This document shows, in pieces, positions 42,597 through 56,796 of a stretch of DNA of 64,000 bases (positions within the stretch are counted from its first letter, which is position 1; the number at the start of each line of letters is the position of its first letter). The notes beneath the pieces are model-generated. The model ran no database searches. It had not been told where the DNA came from and saw only the letters and a program-made list of their open reading frames with translations. The DNA lies in contig JAXLNO010000473.1 of the NCBI GenBank assembly GCA_038087875.1, forward strand, positions 1-64,000. Reading direction: 5' to 3'. Position numbers and translations under genes: made by a program. This DNA comes from Malacoraja senta (lineage: Eukaryota).

Positions 42597-45500
42597 AAGA
42601 ATTTGCCTTGGTGCTCCGCCCGCAAGTCCTACTCGAACTCGAGTTCGAGATCGTGTTCGAGATAGAGTACGAGTTCGAGTGCGAATTCGAATTCGATATC
42701 GAGATCGAGTTCGAGATAGAGTTCGAGTTTGAGTTCGAGAGAGAGTTCGAGTTCGAGTTAGAGTTGACGGAATGCATGAATGAATGAATGAATGTTTATT
42801 GGCCACGTTTATCGTACAAGGAGTTTGCCTTGGTGCTCCGCCCGTAAGTCGAAATCCAACTCGAGTTCGAGATCGAATTCGAGTTCGAGTTCGAGATAGA
42901 TTTCGAGTTCGAGTTCGAGATAGATTTCGATTTCGAGATAAAGTTCGAGGTCGAGATAGTTCAAGTTCGAATTCGAGTTTTAGCTAGAGATAGAGTTCGA
43001 GTTCATGATAGAGTTCGAGTTCGAGTTCAAGATAAAGTTCTAGATCGAGTTTGATATCGAGTTTGCGTTCGAGATAGTTCGAGATAGAGTTCAAGTTCGA
43101 GAGAGAGTTCGAGATATTTCGAGTTCGAGATAAGAATTCGAGTTCGAGTTTTAGTTAGAGAGAGAGTTAGAGATAGAGTTCGAGAGAGAGTTCGAGAGTT
43201 CGAGATAGATTTCGAGATCGATTTCGAGTTCGAGAGAGAGTTAGAGTTCGTGATAGTTCGCGTTCAAGATAGAGTTCGAGTTCAAGTTCGCATTCGAGTT
43301 CGAGATCGAGATGGAGTTCAAGATAGAGTTCGAGTTTGAGTTCGAGAGAGAGAGAGAGAGAGAGTTGACTGAATGCATGAATAAATGAATGAATACGTTT
43401 ATTGACCATGTATTCACATACAATGAATTTGCCTTGATGCTCCGCCCTCAAGTCGAGTTCGAGTTCTGGATATTCGTGATAGTTCGAGTTCGAGTTCGAG
43501 TTCAAGATATTCGTGATAGAGTTAACTCGAACTCTATCTTGAACTCGAACTCTATCTCTAGCTAAAACTCGAATTCGAGTTCGAGTTCAATAGACAATAG
43601 ACAATAGACAATAGACAATAGACAATAGGTGCAGGAGTAGGCCATTTGGCCCTTCGAGCCAGCACCGCCATTCAATGTGATCATGGCTGATTATCCCCAA
43701 TCAGTACCCCGTCCCTGCCTTCTCCCAATATCCCCTGACTCCGCTATTTTTAAGATCCCTATCTAGCTCTCTCTTGAAAGCATCCAGAGAACCTGCCTCC
43801 ACCGCCCTCTGAGGCAGAGAATTCCACGGACTCACCACTATATGTGAGAAAAAGCGTTTTCTCGTCTCCGTTCTAAATGGCTTACTCCTTATTCTTAAAC
43901 TGTGGTCCATGGTTCTGGACTCCCCCAACATCGGGAACATATTTCCTGCCTCTAGCGTGTCCCAGCCCTTAACAATCTTATATGTTTCAATGAGATATCC
44001 TCTCATCCTTCTAAACTCCAAAGTGTTCAAGCCCAGCTGCTCCATCCTGGGAATTAACTACGCTGCACTCCCTCAATAGCAAGAATGTACTTCCTCAAAT
44101 TAGGGGACCAAAACTGCACACAATATTCCAGGTGTGGTCTCACTAGGGCTCTGTACAACTGCAGAAGGAGCTCTTTGCTCCTATATTCGATTCCTCTTGT
44201 TATAAAGGCCAACATGCCATTCGCTTTCTTCACTGCCTGCTGTACCTGCATGTTTACTTTCATAGACTGGTGTACAAGGACCCCCAGATCCCGTTCTACT
44301 TCCTCTTTTCCCAAGTTGACGCTATTTAGATAGAAATCTGCCTTCCTGTTTTTGCTACCAACGTGGATAACCTCACATTTATCCGAATTGAACTTCATCT
44401 GCCATGCACCTGCCCACTCCCCAACCTGTCCAAGTCACCCTGCATTCTCATAGCATCCTCCTCCCAGTTCACACTGCCACCCAGCTTTGTGTTATCTGCA
44501 AATTGTCTAATGTTACTTTGAATCCCTTCATCCAAATCATTGATGTATATTATAAATAGCTGAGGTCGCAGCACCGAGCCTTTCGGTACCCCACTTATCA
44601 CTGCCTGCCATTCTGAAAGGGACCCGTTAATCCTTATTCTTTGTTTCCTGTCTGCCAACCACTTCTCTATCCATGTCAGCACTCTACCCCCAATACCATG
44701 TGCCCTAAGTTTGCCCACTAATCTCCTATGTGGGACCTTATCAAATGCTTTCTGAAAGTCCAGGTACACTACATCCACGGGCTCTCCCTTGTCCATTTTC
44801 CTAGTTACATCTTCAAAAAATTCCAGTAGATTAATCAAGCATGATTTCCCCTTCGTAAATCCAAGTTGGAGTTGGAGTTCGAGTTCGAGATTGATTTGAG
44901 GGTCGAGATAGAATTCGAGTTCGAGATAGTTCGAGTTAGAGTTCAAGTTCGAGCTCGAATTCGAGTTAAATGAATGAATGAATGAATGAATGAATGAATG
45001 AATACGTTTATTGGCCAAGTATTCACATACAAGGAATTTGCCTTGGTGCTCCGCCCGTAACTTGAACTCCAACTGGAGTTCGAGATAGATAGTTTTCGAG
45101 TTCGAGATTGAGTTCGTGATAGAGTTCGTGTTAGAGTTAGAGTTCAAGTTGGAGTTGGAGTTGGAGTTCGAGATCGAGTTCGAGTTCGAGTTTGGGAGAG
45201 AGTTCGAGATAGCGTTAGAGTTCGAATTCGAATTCGAGTTCGAGATCGAGTTCGAGATAGAGTTCGAGTTCTAGAGAGATTTCGAGATAGACTTCGAATT
45301 CGAGATAGATTTCGAGTTCGAGATAAAGTTTGTGATAGAGTTCGAGTTCGAGATAGTGTTCGGGTTCGCGTTCAAGTTCGAGCTCGAGTTAGAGTTGAAT
45401 GAATGAATGAATGAATGAATGAATAAGTTTACTGGCCAAGTATTCGCATACAAGGAATTTGCCTTGGTGCTCCGCCCGTAAGTCGAACTCCAACTCGAGT

Positions 45501-48500
45501 TCGAGATAGAATATGAGTTCGAGTTCGCGTTCGAGTTCTAGATAGTTCGAGTTCGAGATAGAGTTCGAGTTCGAGTTCGTATTCGAGTTCGCGAAAGAGT
45601 TCGAGATAGATATAGAGTTCGTGATAAAATTCGAGATACATTTCGAGTTCAAGTTCGATTTGGAGTTGGAGTTGGAGTTCGCGTTCGAGTTCGAGATAGA
45701 GTTCGAGTACGAGATACAATTCGAGCTCGAGTTCGAGTACAAGTTCAAGATAGATATCGAGAGAGTTCGAGATAAATGAATGAATGAATGAATGCATAAG
45801 TTTATTGGCCATGTAGTCACATACAAAGAGTTTGTCTTGCTGCTCCGCCCGCAAGTCGATAGAGATAGAGTTCGAGTCGTGATAGAATTAGAGTTAGAGT
45901 TCGAGTTCATGTTCGAGTTGGAGTTGGTTCGAGTTCAAGATAGAGTTCGAGTTCAAGTTCAAATTCGTTTGAGTTCGAGTTCAAGTTCGAGATAGAGTTC
46001 GAGTTCGAGTTCGAGTTGAATGAATGAATGAATGGATGAATGAATGAATGAATACGTTTATTGGCCAAGTATTCACATACAAGGAATTTGCCTTGGTGCT
46101 CCGCCCGTAAGTCGAAATCCAACTCGAGTTCGAGTTCGAGATAGATTTCGAGTTCGAGATAGAGTTCGAGGTCGAGATAGAGTTCGAGTTTGAATTCGAG
46201 TTTTAGCTAGAGATAGAGTTCGAGTTCAAGATGGAGTTCGTGTTCAAGATAGAGTTCCAGTTCGAGATCGAGTTTTAGATCGAGTTCACGTTCGAGATAG
46301 ATCGACATAGAGTTAGAGTTCGAGATAGTTCGAGTTCGAGATCAAAGTTCGAGGTCGAGATATAGTACGAGGTCGAGTTCGAGTTTTGGTTAGAGAGAGA
46401 GATCGAGATAGAGTTCGAATTCGAATTCGAGTTCGAGTTCGGGATAGAATTCGAGTTCGAGTTCGAGATAGAATTCGAGTTCGAGTTCGTTCGAGCTCGA
46501 GTTCGAGTTAAATGAATGAAAGATTGTATAAGTTTATTGACTAAGTATTCACCAAGTTTATTGGGCAAGATTTATGCGTTAGTTCTCCGCCCGAAAGTCG
46601 AACCCGAACTCGAGTTCGCGATAGTTCGAGTTCGAGATAGGGTTCGAGATTGAGATCGAGATCGAGGTCGAGTTCGAGTTCGAGAGAGAGTTCGAGATAG
46701 ATTTCGAGATAAATTTCGAGTTCGAAATACAGCTCGAGTTCGAGATTGAGTTCGACTTCGAGATAGAGTTCGAGATCGAGATAGAGATCGAGATCGAGTT
46801 CGAGTAAGAGAGAGAGTTCCATATAGAGTTCGAGTTCAAGATAGTTCGAGTTCGAGTTCAAGATAGAGCTCGAGTTCGAGTTCGAGTTCGCGTTCGAGAT
46901 ATTTCTAGATAGAGTTCGAGATAGAGTTCAAGTTCGAGAGAGAGTTCGAGATATTTCGGGTTCGAGATAAGTGTTCGAGTACGAGATAGTTCGAGTTCGA
47001 GATTTAGTTAGAGAGAGAGAGAGAGATAGAGTTCGAGAGAGAGTTCGAGAGAGAGTTCGAGATATATTTCGAGATAGATTTCGAGTTCGAGAGAGAGTTA
47101 GAGTTCGAGATAGAGTTCGAGTTCGAGATTGAGTTCGAGTTCGAGCGAGAAAGAGTTCGAACTAGAGATAGAGTTCGAGTTCAAGATAGAGTTCGAGTTC
47201 AAGTTCGAATTCGAGTTCGAGATCGAGATCGAGTTCGAGATAGAGTTCGTATTCGAGATAGTTCGAGATAGAGTTCGAGTTCGAGAGAGATTTCGAGATA
47301 GTTCGAGTTCGAGTTCGAGATATGAGTTCGAGTTCGAGATAGACTACGAGTTCGAGTTCGAGTTTTAGTTAGAGAGAGAGTTCGAGATATAGTTCGAGTT
47401 CGAATTCGAGTTAGAGTTCGAGATAGAATTCGAGTTCGAGTTCGTTCGAGCTCGAGTTCGAGTTGAATGAATGAAAGAATGTATAAGTTTATTGACTAAG
47501 TATTCACCAAGTTTATTGGCCAAGAGTGTTGCCTTGGTGCTCCGCCCGAAAGTCGAACCCGAACTCGAGTTCGAGATAGAGTTCGAGTTCGAGATAGGGT
47601 TCGAGATCGAGAAAGGGATCGAGATCGAGTTCGAGATCGAGAGAGAGTTCGAGATAGATTTCGAGATAAATTTCGAGTTCGAGATAGTTCGAGTTCGAGA
47701 TAGATTTCGAGATAAATTTCGAGTTCGAGATAGAGTTCGACTTTGAGATAGATTTCGAAATAAATTTCGAGTTAGAGATAGTTCGAGCTCGAGATAGTTC
47801 GAGTTAGAGATAGTTCGAGTACGAGATAGAGTTCGAGATCGAGATAGAGATCGAGATCAAGATAGTGTTCGAGTTCGAGTTCGAGATCGAGTTTGCGTTC
47901 GAGATAGTTCGAGATAGAGTTCAAGATAGAGTTCGAGTTCAAGTTCAAATTCGTTTGAGTTCGAGTTCAAGTTCGAGATAGAGTTCGAGTTCGAGTTCGA
48001 GTTGAATGAATGAATGAATGGATGAATGAATGAATGAATACGTTTATTGGCCAAGTATTCACATACAAGGAATTTGCCTTGGTGCTCCGCCCGTAAGTCG
48101 AAATCCAACTCGAGTTCGAGTTCGAGATAGATTTCGAGTTCGAGATAGAGTTCGAGGTCGAGATAGAGTTCGAGTTTGAATTCGAGTTTTAGCTAGAGAT
48201 AGAGTTCGAGTTCAAGATGGAGTTCGTGTTCAAGATAGAGTTCCAGTTCGAGATCGAGTTTTAGATCGAGTTCACGTTCGAGATAGATCGACATAGAGTT
48301 AGAGTTCGAGATAGTTCGAGTTCGAGATCAAAGTTCGAGTTCGAGATATAGTACGAGGTCGAGTTCGAGTTTTGGTTAGAGAGAGAGATCGAGATAGAGT
48401 TCGAATTCGAATTCGAGTTCGAGTTCGGGATAGAATTCGAGTTCGAGTTCGAGATAGAATTCGAGTTCGAGTTCGTTCGAGCTCGAGTTCGAGCTAAATG

Positions 48501-51500
48501 AATGAAAGATTGTATAAGTTTATTGACTAAGTATTCACCAAGTTTATTGGGCAAGATTTATGCGTTAGTTCTCCGCCCGAAAGTCGAACCCGAACTCGAG
48601 TTCGCGATAGTTCGAGTTCGAGATAGGGTTCGAGATTGAGATCGAGATCGAGGTCGAGTTCGAGTTCGAGAGAGAGTTCGAGATAGATTTCGAGATAAAT
48701 TTCGAGTTCGAAATACAGCTCGAGTTCGAGATTGAGTTCGACTTCGAGATAGAGTTCGAGATCGAGATAGAGATCGAGATCGAGTTCGAGTTAGAGAGAG
48801 ACCTCCATATAGAGTTCGAGTTCAAGATAGTTCGAGTTCGAGTTCAAGATAGAGCTCGAGTTCGAGTTCGAGTTCGCGTTCGAGATATTTCGAGATAGAG
48901 TTCGAGATAGAGTTCAAGTTCGAGAGAGAGTTCGAGATATTTCGGGTTCGAGATAAGTGTTCGAGTACGAGATAGTTCGAGTTCGAGATTTAGTTAGAGA
49001 GAGAGAGAGATAGAGTTCGAGAGAGAGTTCGAGAGAGAGTTCGAGATATATTTCGAGATAGATTTCGAGTTCGAGAGAGAGTTAGAGTTCGAGATAGAGT
49101 TCGAGTTCGAGATTGAGTTCGAGTTCGAGCGAGAAAGAGTTCGAACTAGAGATAGAGTTCGAGTTCAAGATAGAGTTCGAGTTCAAGTTCAAATTCGAGT
49201 TCGAGATCGAGATCGAGTTCGAGATAGAGTTCGTATTCGAGATAGTTCGAGATAGAGTTCGAGTTCGAGAGAGATTTCGAGATAGTTCGAGTTCGAGTTC
49301 GAGATATGAGTTCGAGTTCGAGATAGACTACGAGTTCGAGTTCGAGTTTTAGTTAGAGAGAGAGTTCGAGATATAGTTCGAGTTCGAATTCGAGTTAGAG
49401 TTCGAGATAGAATTCGAGTTCGAGTTCGTTCGAGCTCGAGTTCGAGTTGAATGAATGAAAGAATGTATAAGTTTATTGACTAAGTATTCACCAAGTTTAT
49501 TGGCCAAGAGTGTTGCCTTGGTGCTCCGCCCGAAAGTCGAACCCGAACTCGAGTTCGAGATAGTTCGAGTTCGAGATAGGGTTAGAGATCGAGATAGGGA
49601 TCGAGATCGAGTTCGAGATCGAGAGAGAGTTCGAGATAGATTTCGAGATAAATTTCGAGTTCGAGATAGTTCGAGTTCGAGATAGATTTCGAGATAAATT
49701 TCGAGTTCGAGATAGAGTTCGACTTTGAGATAGATTTCGAAATAAATTTCGAGTTAGAGATAGTTCGAGCTCGAGATAGTTCGAGTTAGAGATAGTTCGA
49801 GTACGAGATAGAGTTCGAGATCGAGATAGAGATCGAGATCAAGATAGTGTTCGAGTTCGAGTTCGAGATCGAGTTTGCGTTCGAGATAGTTCGAGATAGA
49901 GTTCGAGATAGAGTTCGAGTTCGAGATAAGAGTTCGAGTTCGAGATAGAGTACGAGTTCGAGTTCGAGTTGTAGTTCGAGAGAGTTCGAGTTGAATGAAT
50001 GAATGAATGAATGAATGAATGAATGAATGAATGAATGAATAAGTTTATTGGCCAAGTATTCACAAACAAGGAATTTGCCTTGGTGCTCCGCCCGTAAGTC
50101 GAAATCCAACTCGAGTTCAAGACAGATTTTGAGTTCGAGTTCAAGATAGAGTTCGAGTTCGAGAACGAGATCGAGTTTGAGATCGAGCGCGTTTGTGATA
50201 GTTCGAGATAGAGTTCGAGATAGAGTTCAAGTTCGAGAGAGATTTCGAGATATTTCGAATTCGAGTTCGAGATAGAGTACGAGTTCGAGTTTTAGTTAGA
50301 GAGAGAGTTCGAGAGCGAGTTCGAGATAGAGGTCGAGTTCAAGTTGGAGTTGGAGTTCGAGTTGGAGTTCGAGTTAAATGAATGTATGAATGAATGAATA
50401 CGTTTATTGGCCAACTATTCACATACAAGGAATTTGCCTTGGTGCTCCGCCGGTAACTCGAACTCCAACTCGAGTTCGAGATCGATTTCGAGTTCGGGTT
50501 CGAGATAGACTTCGAGTTCCAGATAGAGTTCGAGGCCGAGATATTTTGTTCGAATTCGAGTTTTAGCTGGAGATAGATTTCGAGTTCAAGATAGAGTTCG
50601 AGTTCGCGTTCGAGATAGTTCGGGATAGTTCGAGATAAGAGTTCGAGTTCGAGAGAGTTCGAGTTCGAGATAGAGTACGAGTTCGAGATCGAGTTCGATT
50701 CGAGTTGACTGAATGAATGAATGAAGGCATGAATGAATAAGTTTATTGGCCATGTATTCACATACAAGGAATTTGCCTTGATGCTCCGCCCGCAAGTCGA
50801 ACTCGAACTCGAGTTTGAGATCGAGTTCGAGATGGAGATAGAGTTCGAGTTCGAGATAGAGTTCGTGATAGAGTTCGAGTTCGAGTTCGAGTTCAAGTTT
50901 GAGCTCGAGTTCGTGTTAAGTGAATGAATGAATAAGTTTATTGGCAAAGTATTCACATACTAGGTGTTTGCCTTGGTGCTCCGCCCGTAAGTCGAAATCG
51001 AACTCGGGTTCGAGATCGAATTCGAGTTCGCGTTCGAGATAGATTTCGAGTTCGAGATAAAGTTCGATGTCGAGATAGTTCGAGTTCGGATTCGAGTTTT
51101 AGCTGGAGATAGTTCGAGTTCAATATAGAGTTCGAGTTCGATTTCAAGATAAAGTTCGAGTTCGAGATCGAGTTTGAGATAGTTTGAGATCGAGTTCGCG
51201 TTCGAGAGTTCGAGATAGAGTTCGAGTTCGAATTCGAGTTCGAGTTCGAGATAGAGTTCGAGATAGAGTTCAAGATAGAGTTCGAGTTCGAATTCGAGTT
51301 CGAGATAGAGTTCGAATTCGAGTTCGAGTTTTAGTTAGAGTTCGAGTTCGAGTTCGAATTCGAGTTAGAGTTCGAGATAGAATTCGAGTTGGAGTTCGTT
51401 CGAGCTCGAGTTCGAGTTGAATGAATGAAAGAATGTATAAGTTTATTGACTAAGTATTCACCAAGTTTATTGGCCAAGAGTGTTGCCTTGGTGCTCCGCC

Positions 51501-54282
51501 CGAAAGTCGAACCCGAACTCGAGGTCGAGATAGAGTTCGAGTTCGAGATAGGGTTCGAGATCGAGATAGAGATCGAGATCGAGTTCGAGATCGAGCGAGA
51601 GATCGAGATAGATTTCGAGATAAATTTCGAGTTCGAGATAGTTCGAGTTCGAGATAGATTTCGAGATAAATTTCGAGTTCGAGATAGAGTACGAGTTCGA
51701 GATAGATTTCGAGATAAATTTCGAGTTCGAGATAGAGTTCGACTTCGAGATAGATTTCGAAATAAATTTCGAGTTCGAGATAGTTCGAGCTCGAGATAGT
51801 TCGAGTTCGAGATAGAGTTCGAGTTCGAGATAGAGTTCGAGATCGAGATAGAGATCGAGATCAAGATAGTGTTCGAGTTCGAGTTCGAGATCGAGTTTGC
51901 GTTCGAGATAGTTCGAGATAGAGTTCGAGATAGAGTTCGAGTTCGAGATAAGAGTTCGAGTTCGAGATAGAGTACGAGTTCGAGTTCGAGTTGTAGTTCG
52001 AGAGAGTTCCAGTTGAATGAATGAATGAATGAATGAATGAATGAATGAATGAATACGTTTATTGGCCAAGTATTCACAAACAAGGAATTTGCCTTGGTGC
52101 TCCGTCCGTAAGTCGAAATCCAACTCGAGTTCGAGATAGATTTCGAGTTCGAGTTCGAGATAGATTTCGAGTTCGAGATAAAGTTCGAGGTCGGGATAGT
52201 TCGAATTCGAATTCGAGTTTTAGCTAGAGATAGAGTTCGAGTTCAAGACAGATTTTGAATTCGAGTTCAAGATAGAGTTCGAGTTCGAGAACGAGATCGA
52301 GTTTGAGATCGAGCGCGAGTTCGAGATAGTTCGAGATAGAGTTCGAGATAGAGTTCAAGTTCGAGAGAGAGTTCGAGATATTTCGAATTCGAGTTCGAGA
52401 TAGAGTACGAGTTCGAGTTTTAGTTAGAGAGAGAGTTCGAGAGCGAGTTCGAGATAGAGGTCGAGTTCAAGTTGGAGTTGGAGTTCGAGTTGGAGTTCGA
52501 GTTAAATGAATGTATGAATGAATGAATACGTTTATTGGCCAACTATTCACATACAAGGAATTTGCCTTGGTGCTCCGCCGGTAACTCGAACTCCAACTCG
52601 AGTTCGAGATCGATTTCGAGTTCGGGTTCGAGATAGACTTCGAGTTCCAGATAGAGTTCGAGGCCGAGATATTTTGTTCGAATTCGAGTTTTAGCTGGAG
52701 ATAGATTTCGAGTTCAAGATAGAGTTCGAGTTCGCGTTCGAGATAGTTCGGGATAGTTCGAGATAAGAGTTCGAGTTCGAGAGAGTTCGAGTTCGAGATA
52801 GAGTACGAGTTCGAGATCGAGTTCGATTCGAGTTGACTGAATGAATGAATGAAGGTATGAATGAATAAGTTTATTGGCCATGTATTCACATACAAGGAAT
52901 TTGCCTTGATGCTCCGCCCGCAAGTCGAACTCGAACTCGAGTTTGAGATCGAGTTCGAGATGGAGATAGAGTTCGAGTTCGAGATGGAGTTCGTGATAGA
53001 GTTCGAGTTCGAGTTCGAGTTCAAGTTTGAGCTCGAGTTCGTGTTAAATGAATGAATGAATGAATGAATGAATGAATAAGTTTATTGGCAAAGTATTCAC
53101 ATACTAGGTGTTTGCCTTGGTGCTCCGCCCGTAAGTCGAAATCCAACTCGGGTTCGAGATCGAATTCGAGTTCGAGTTCGAGATAGATTTCGAGTTCGAG
53201 ATAAAGTTCGATGTCGAAATAGTTCGAGTTCGGATTCGAGTTTTAGCTGGAGATAGTTCGAGTTCAATATAGAGTTCGAGTTCGATTTCAAGATAAAGTT
53301 CGAGTTCGAGATCGAGTTTGAGATAGTTTGAGATCGAGTTCGCGTTCGAGAGAGTTCGAGATAGAGTTCGAGTTCGAATTCGAGTTCGAGTTCGAGATAG
53401 AGTTCGAGATAGAGTTCAAGATAGAGTTCGAGTTCGAATTCGAGTTCGAGATAGAGTTCGAATTCGAGTTCGAGATCGAGATCGTGTTCGATATAGAATT
53501 CGAGTTCGAGTTCAAGTTCGAGCTCGAGTTCGAGTTGAATGAATGAATGGATGAATAAGTTTATTGGCAAAGTATTCACAAACAAGGAATTTGCCTTGGT
53601 GCTCCGCCCGCAAGTAGAAATCAACCTCGAAATCGAGATAGAATTCGCGTTCGAGAGAGTTCGAGTTCGAGTTCGAAATAGAGTTCAACTTCGAGATAGT
53701 TCGAGTTAGAGACCGAGTTCGAGTTATAGTTCGGGTTCGAATTCGAGTACGAGTTCGAGATCGAGTTCGAGATAGAGTTCGAGTTCGAGATAGTTCGTTA
53801 GAATTCGAGTTCGAGTTCGAGTTCGATTTCGAGTTCGAGATAGAGTTCGTGAAAGAGTTCGAGTTCAATTTCGAGTTGGAGTTGGTTCGCGTTCGAGAGA
53901 GTTCGAGTTCGAGTTCGAGTTCGAGAGAGAGTTCGAGATAGAGTTCGAGTTCGAGTTCGAATTCCAGTTCGTGTTCGCGTTCGATTGAGAGTTCGTCATA
54001 GTTCGAGTTCGAGATCGAGTTCGAGATAGAGTTGGAGTTCGAGTTGGGGAGTGATTTCGACATATAGTTCGAGAGAGTTAGAGTTCGAGATAGTGTTCGA
54101 GGGCGAGATAGAGTTCCTGAAAGAGTTCGAGATCGAGTTCGTTCGAGTTGGAATTGGAGTTGGAGTTCGAGATAGAGTTCTCGTTCGAGATAGAGTTCGA
54201 GCTCGAGATTTTGTTCGACTTCGAGTTCGAGTACGAGATCGTGTTCGAGATCGAGTTAGAGAGAGAGAGAGGGAGAGAGAGA

Positions 54283-54325
<43 letters not shown>

Positions 54326-54335
54326 AGTTCGAATT

Positions 54336-54393
<58 letters not shown>

Positions 54394-54466
54394 TTAGTTC
54401 GAATTCGCGTTCGAGATAGAGTTCGAGTTCTAGTTCAAGGTCGAGTTCGCGCTCGAGTTCGAGTTC
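42597..54466 (-). repeat. Composite satellite block C, part 1: (GAGTTC)n on + with about 22 cores and multi-kb higher-order duplications
   Basis: Core recurs from 42600 to 53610; matching ORF translations are offset by about 1986 bp and 2128 bp. Confidence 0.95.
43588..44863 (-). mobile_element. 5'-truncated CR1 LINE
   Basis: GFTKGKSCLINLLEFF...[11 protein letters not shown]...LVRPHLEYCVQFWSP...WNSLPQ; (TCTATTG)n tail. Confidence 0.93.
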
Positions 54467-54672
54467 GGACTTCCGATGGCGCTATGGAGCACTGAAGGCG
54501 TCACATTGAGCTCCTCTCCGGCCACAACTGTTAAAACCCGTTAAAAAGCTGTTTTCTAAATCAGTACCGATTTTAAAAAACTCACCGGAGCTGCTTGGCG
54601 TTGCGTAAGGGTGACGTCATCAGAAGGCGACGCGAAAAACGGGAGTTTAACGCTAAAAATCGGGAATTTTAA

Positions 54673-55746
54673 ATGAGAAGAGAAAAAGGCTCACGGGCAC
54701 CCAAGAAGAACACCATGTCTCCCACTCGAGAAAGTCTTGGATACTCTGCAAACGACAGAAGAAGGCTCACAAGGCTCAGAAGAAGAAGAATTCGACAGTC
54801 AAGGATCTCTGCTTGAAAAGGCAAAAGGAGACAAGAAGGAGAAGGAGGTAAAGCAAATGCTTTTAGAAATGTCTGCTACAATCAATGCTACACTGGAAAA
54901 GATCCAGAGTATGGAGTCTAATATGGAGAGTAATAAGCAGAGTATCGAGACTAATATGGAGAGAATTTCTCAAAACATTTATACAGCTTACGGTGAGTTA
55001 AAGGAGCTGAATAAACAACATACGGAGGCTGATAAAAAATTAGAATGTGCTAGACTCGCAAATGACTATAATAAGAAATTCACTGATGTTAAGGATAATA
55101 TGGGAAAGCTGGATGAGTTAATGGAAGAGATGGAGAATGAAATGAAAGTAATGGCCACTGAAATAAAGAGTTTGAAAAAATCACAAAAAACTGAAGAAGA
55201 AAAACGTAAAAATGACGGATAAATGTCTGGACTTGGAAGCAAGATCGAGAAGGCAGAATTTGAGAATTGTTGGAGTGAGAAGGACGAGAGGGTCATGGAT
55301 CTCAAACATGTACTTTTGTTACTGACTTACTCAAAGATGTTTTTGAACTGCCGGGAGCACCAAGAATAGATGTCGCTCACAGAGTTGGACGTGTTTCAAG
55401 CGAGGCAAATGCTCCTCCAAGACAGATAATTGTGAAATTCCTCGATATCTCTTCAGTGGAATTTGTATTGAAAAAAATTACTCATGGGGAGAATCTGACA
55501 TATCGTGGGGACAATATTCGATTTTTCCGGGATTACCCCCCGGAGGTCGTCCAGAGAAGGAACTTGTTTACACAGACAAGAAATATTCTGAAAGGGATAC
55601 GCGATGTGAGATATGGAATTGTTTATCCAGCTAAAATGAAGATTACTCATAATGGCACTGTACGCTCGTTCACAGACCCCGAAAAAGCTTTTAAATGTGC
55701 AGAGGATATCGTAAAGAAAACATCTGGTGAAGTGGATGAAGAATGA
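54673..55746 (+). pseudogene. L1 ORF1, frameshifted
   Basis: Coiled-coil-like E/K-rich region, LEARSRRQNLRIVGV, AHRVG, IRFFRDYPPEVVQRR, YPAKMKIT. Confidence 0.85.
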
Positions 55747-56796
55747 TCTGTTTAACTTTTAGGACTGGTTAATATGGCGGAATTTTCCTGACAGTTAGCA
55801 AGCTTATCTGTCTGGAATGTGTTTGGGAGAGTACTGTTTATATTTCACCTTGAATGAAAAGCTTAAAGATAAACAAAAGACGTTGAAGACACAGAATTAA
55901 TGAGGGAATGTATAATGGACATGGAACAACATGGGATATAAAATCTGCTGATTTAAGAAGATTTTTAATTATTATACTCCAATTATAAATAATTAACGAC
56001 TTTAACAAATTTAACAATACTAATTATTTGTGAATGTATGTAGTAAATATGAATAAATCATGAGACGGGGAAGGAGATAATGGGAGTGTATATAATTATG
56101 ATTTAAGTCACTAAAACGTCTATAACACTACTAGCATACCTTTTTTGTTGTTGTGTGGGTAGGAGTTAGTTGCAGCATATAACTGGAAGAGATCCTGTAG
56201 TGAGGTTTTGTTTAACCCCTTGGTACCTGTTTGTATGTGTAAGAATTCTGGGTGGATATATATGGTAAAGCTTAGACTAGATTAAGGTTAGATAAATTTG
56301 AAGGGCATATATACTTATAAAATTGAACTTAGGTTGTGTTTTATATTCGTTTTTTTTCCATTTTTTATGTCTCCCTTTGATTTTTTTTGTTAATTGTTTT
56401 CGGCTTTTATTGGGGCTGGTTTGATAAATTTATATAAGCAAAGATAAAATATGTAACGGTCTGTAGCTTTTTATGAGGATCTATTAAGGAGTTGGAGCTC
56501 AATGTATAACAACATCAACGGAAGTCTATACATTTTTCGCCACCTTAGGTGGCCATTCGTCTTTAAGATATATTTTCTTAGATATCTTAAGAGCACTTTT
56601 TTTTCACTATAAAGACTTTTATTCGCTCACTTTTTTTGTAATCAATTTTATATCACATCTTTCTTTTCTTTTCCAAAGGCACTACACAAGAAGGAGATGC
56701 TATATAAATCTAAACATTTGGCATGACCACCCAACACCCAGAACTCTGAGGTATTTGGTTGCACCATATGATTCAGGAATACTATTTTGATATATA

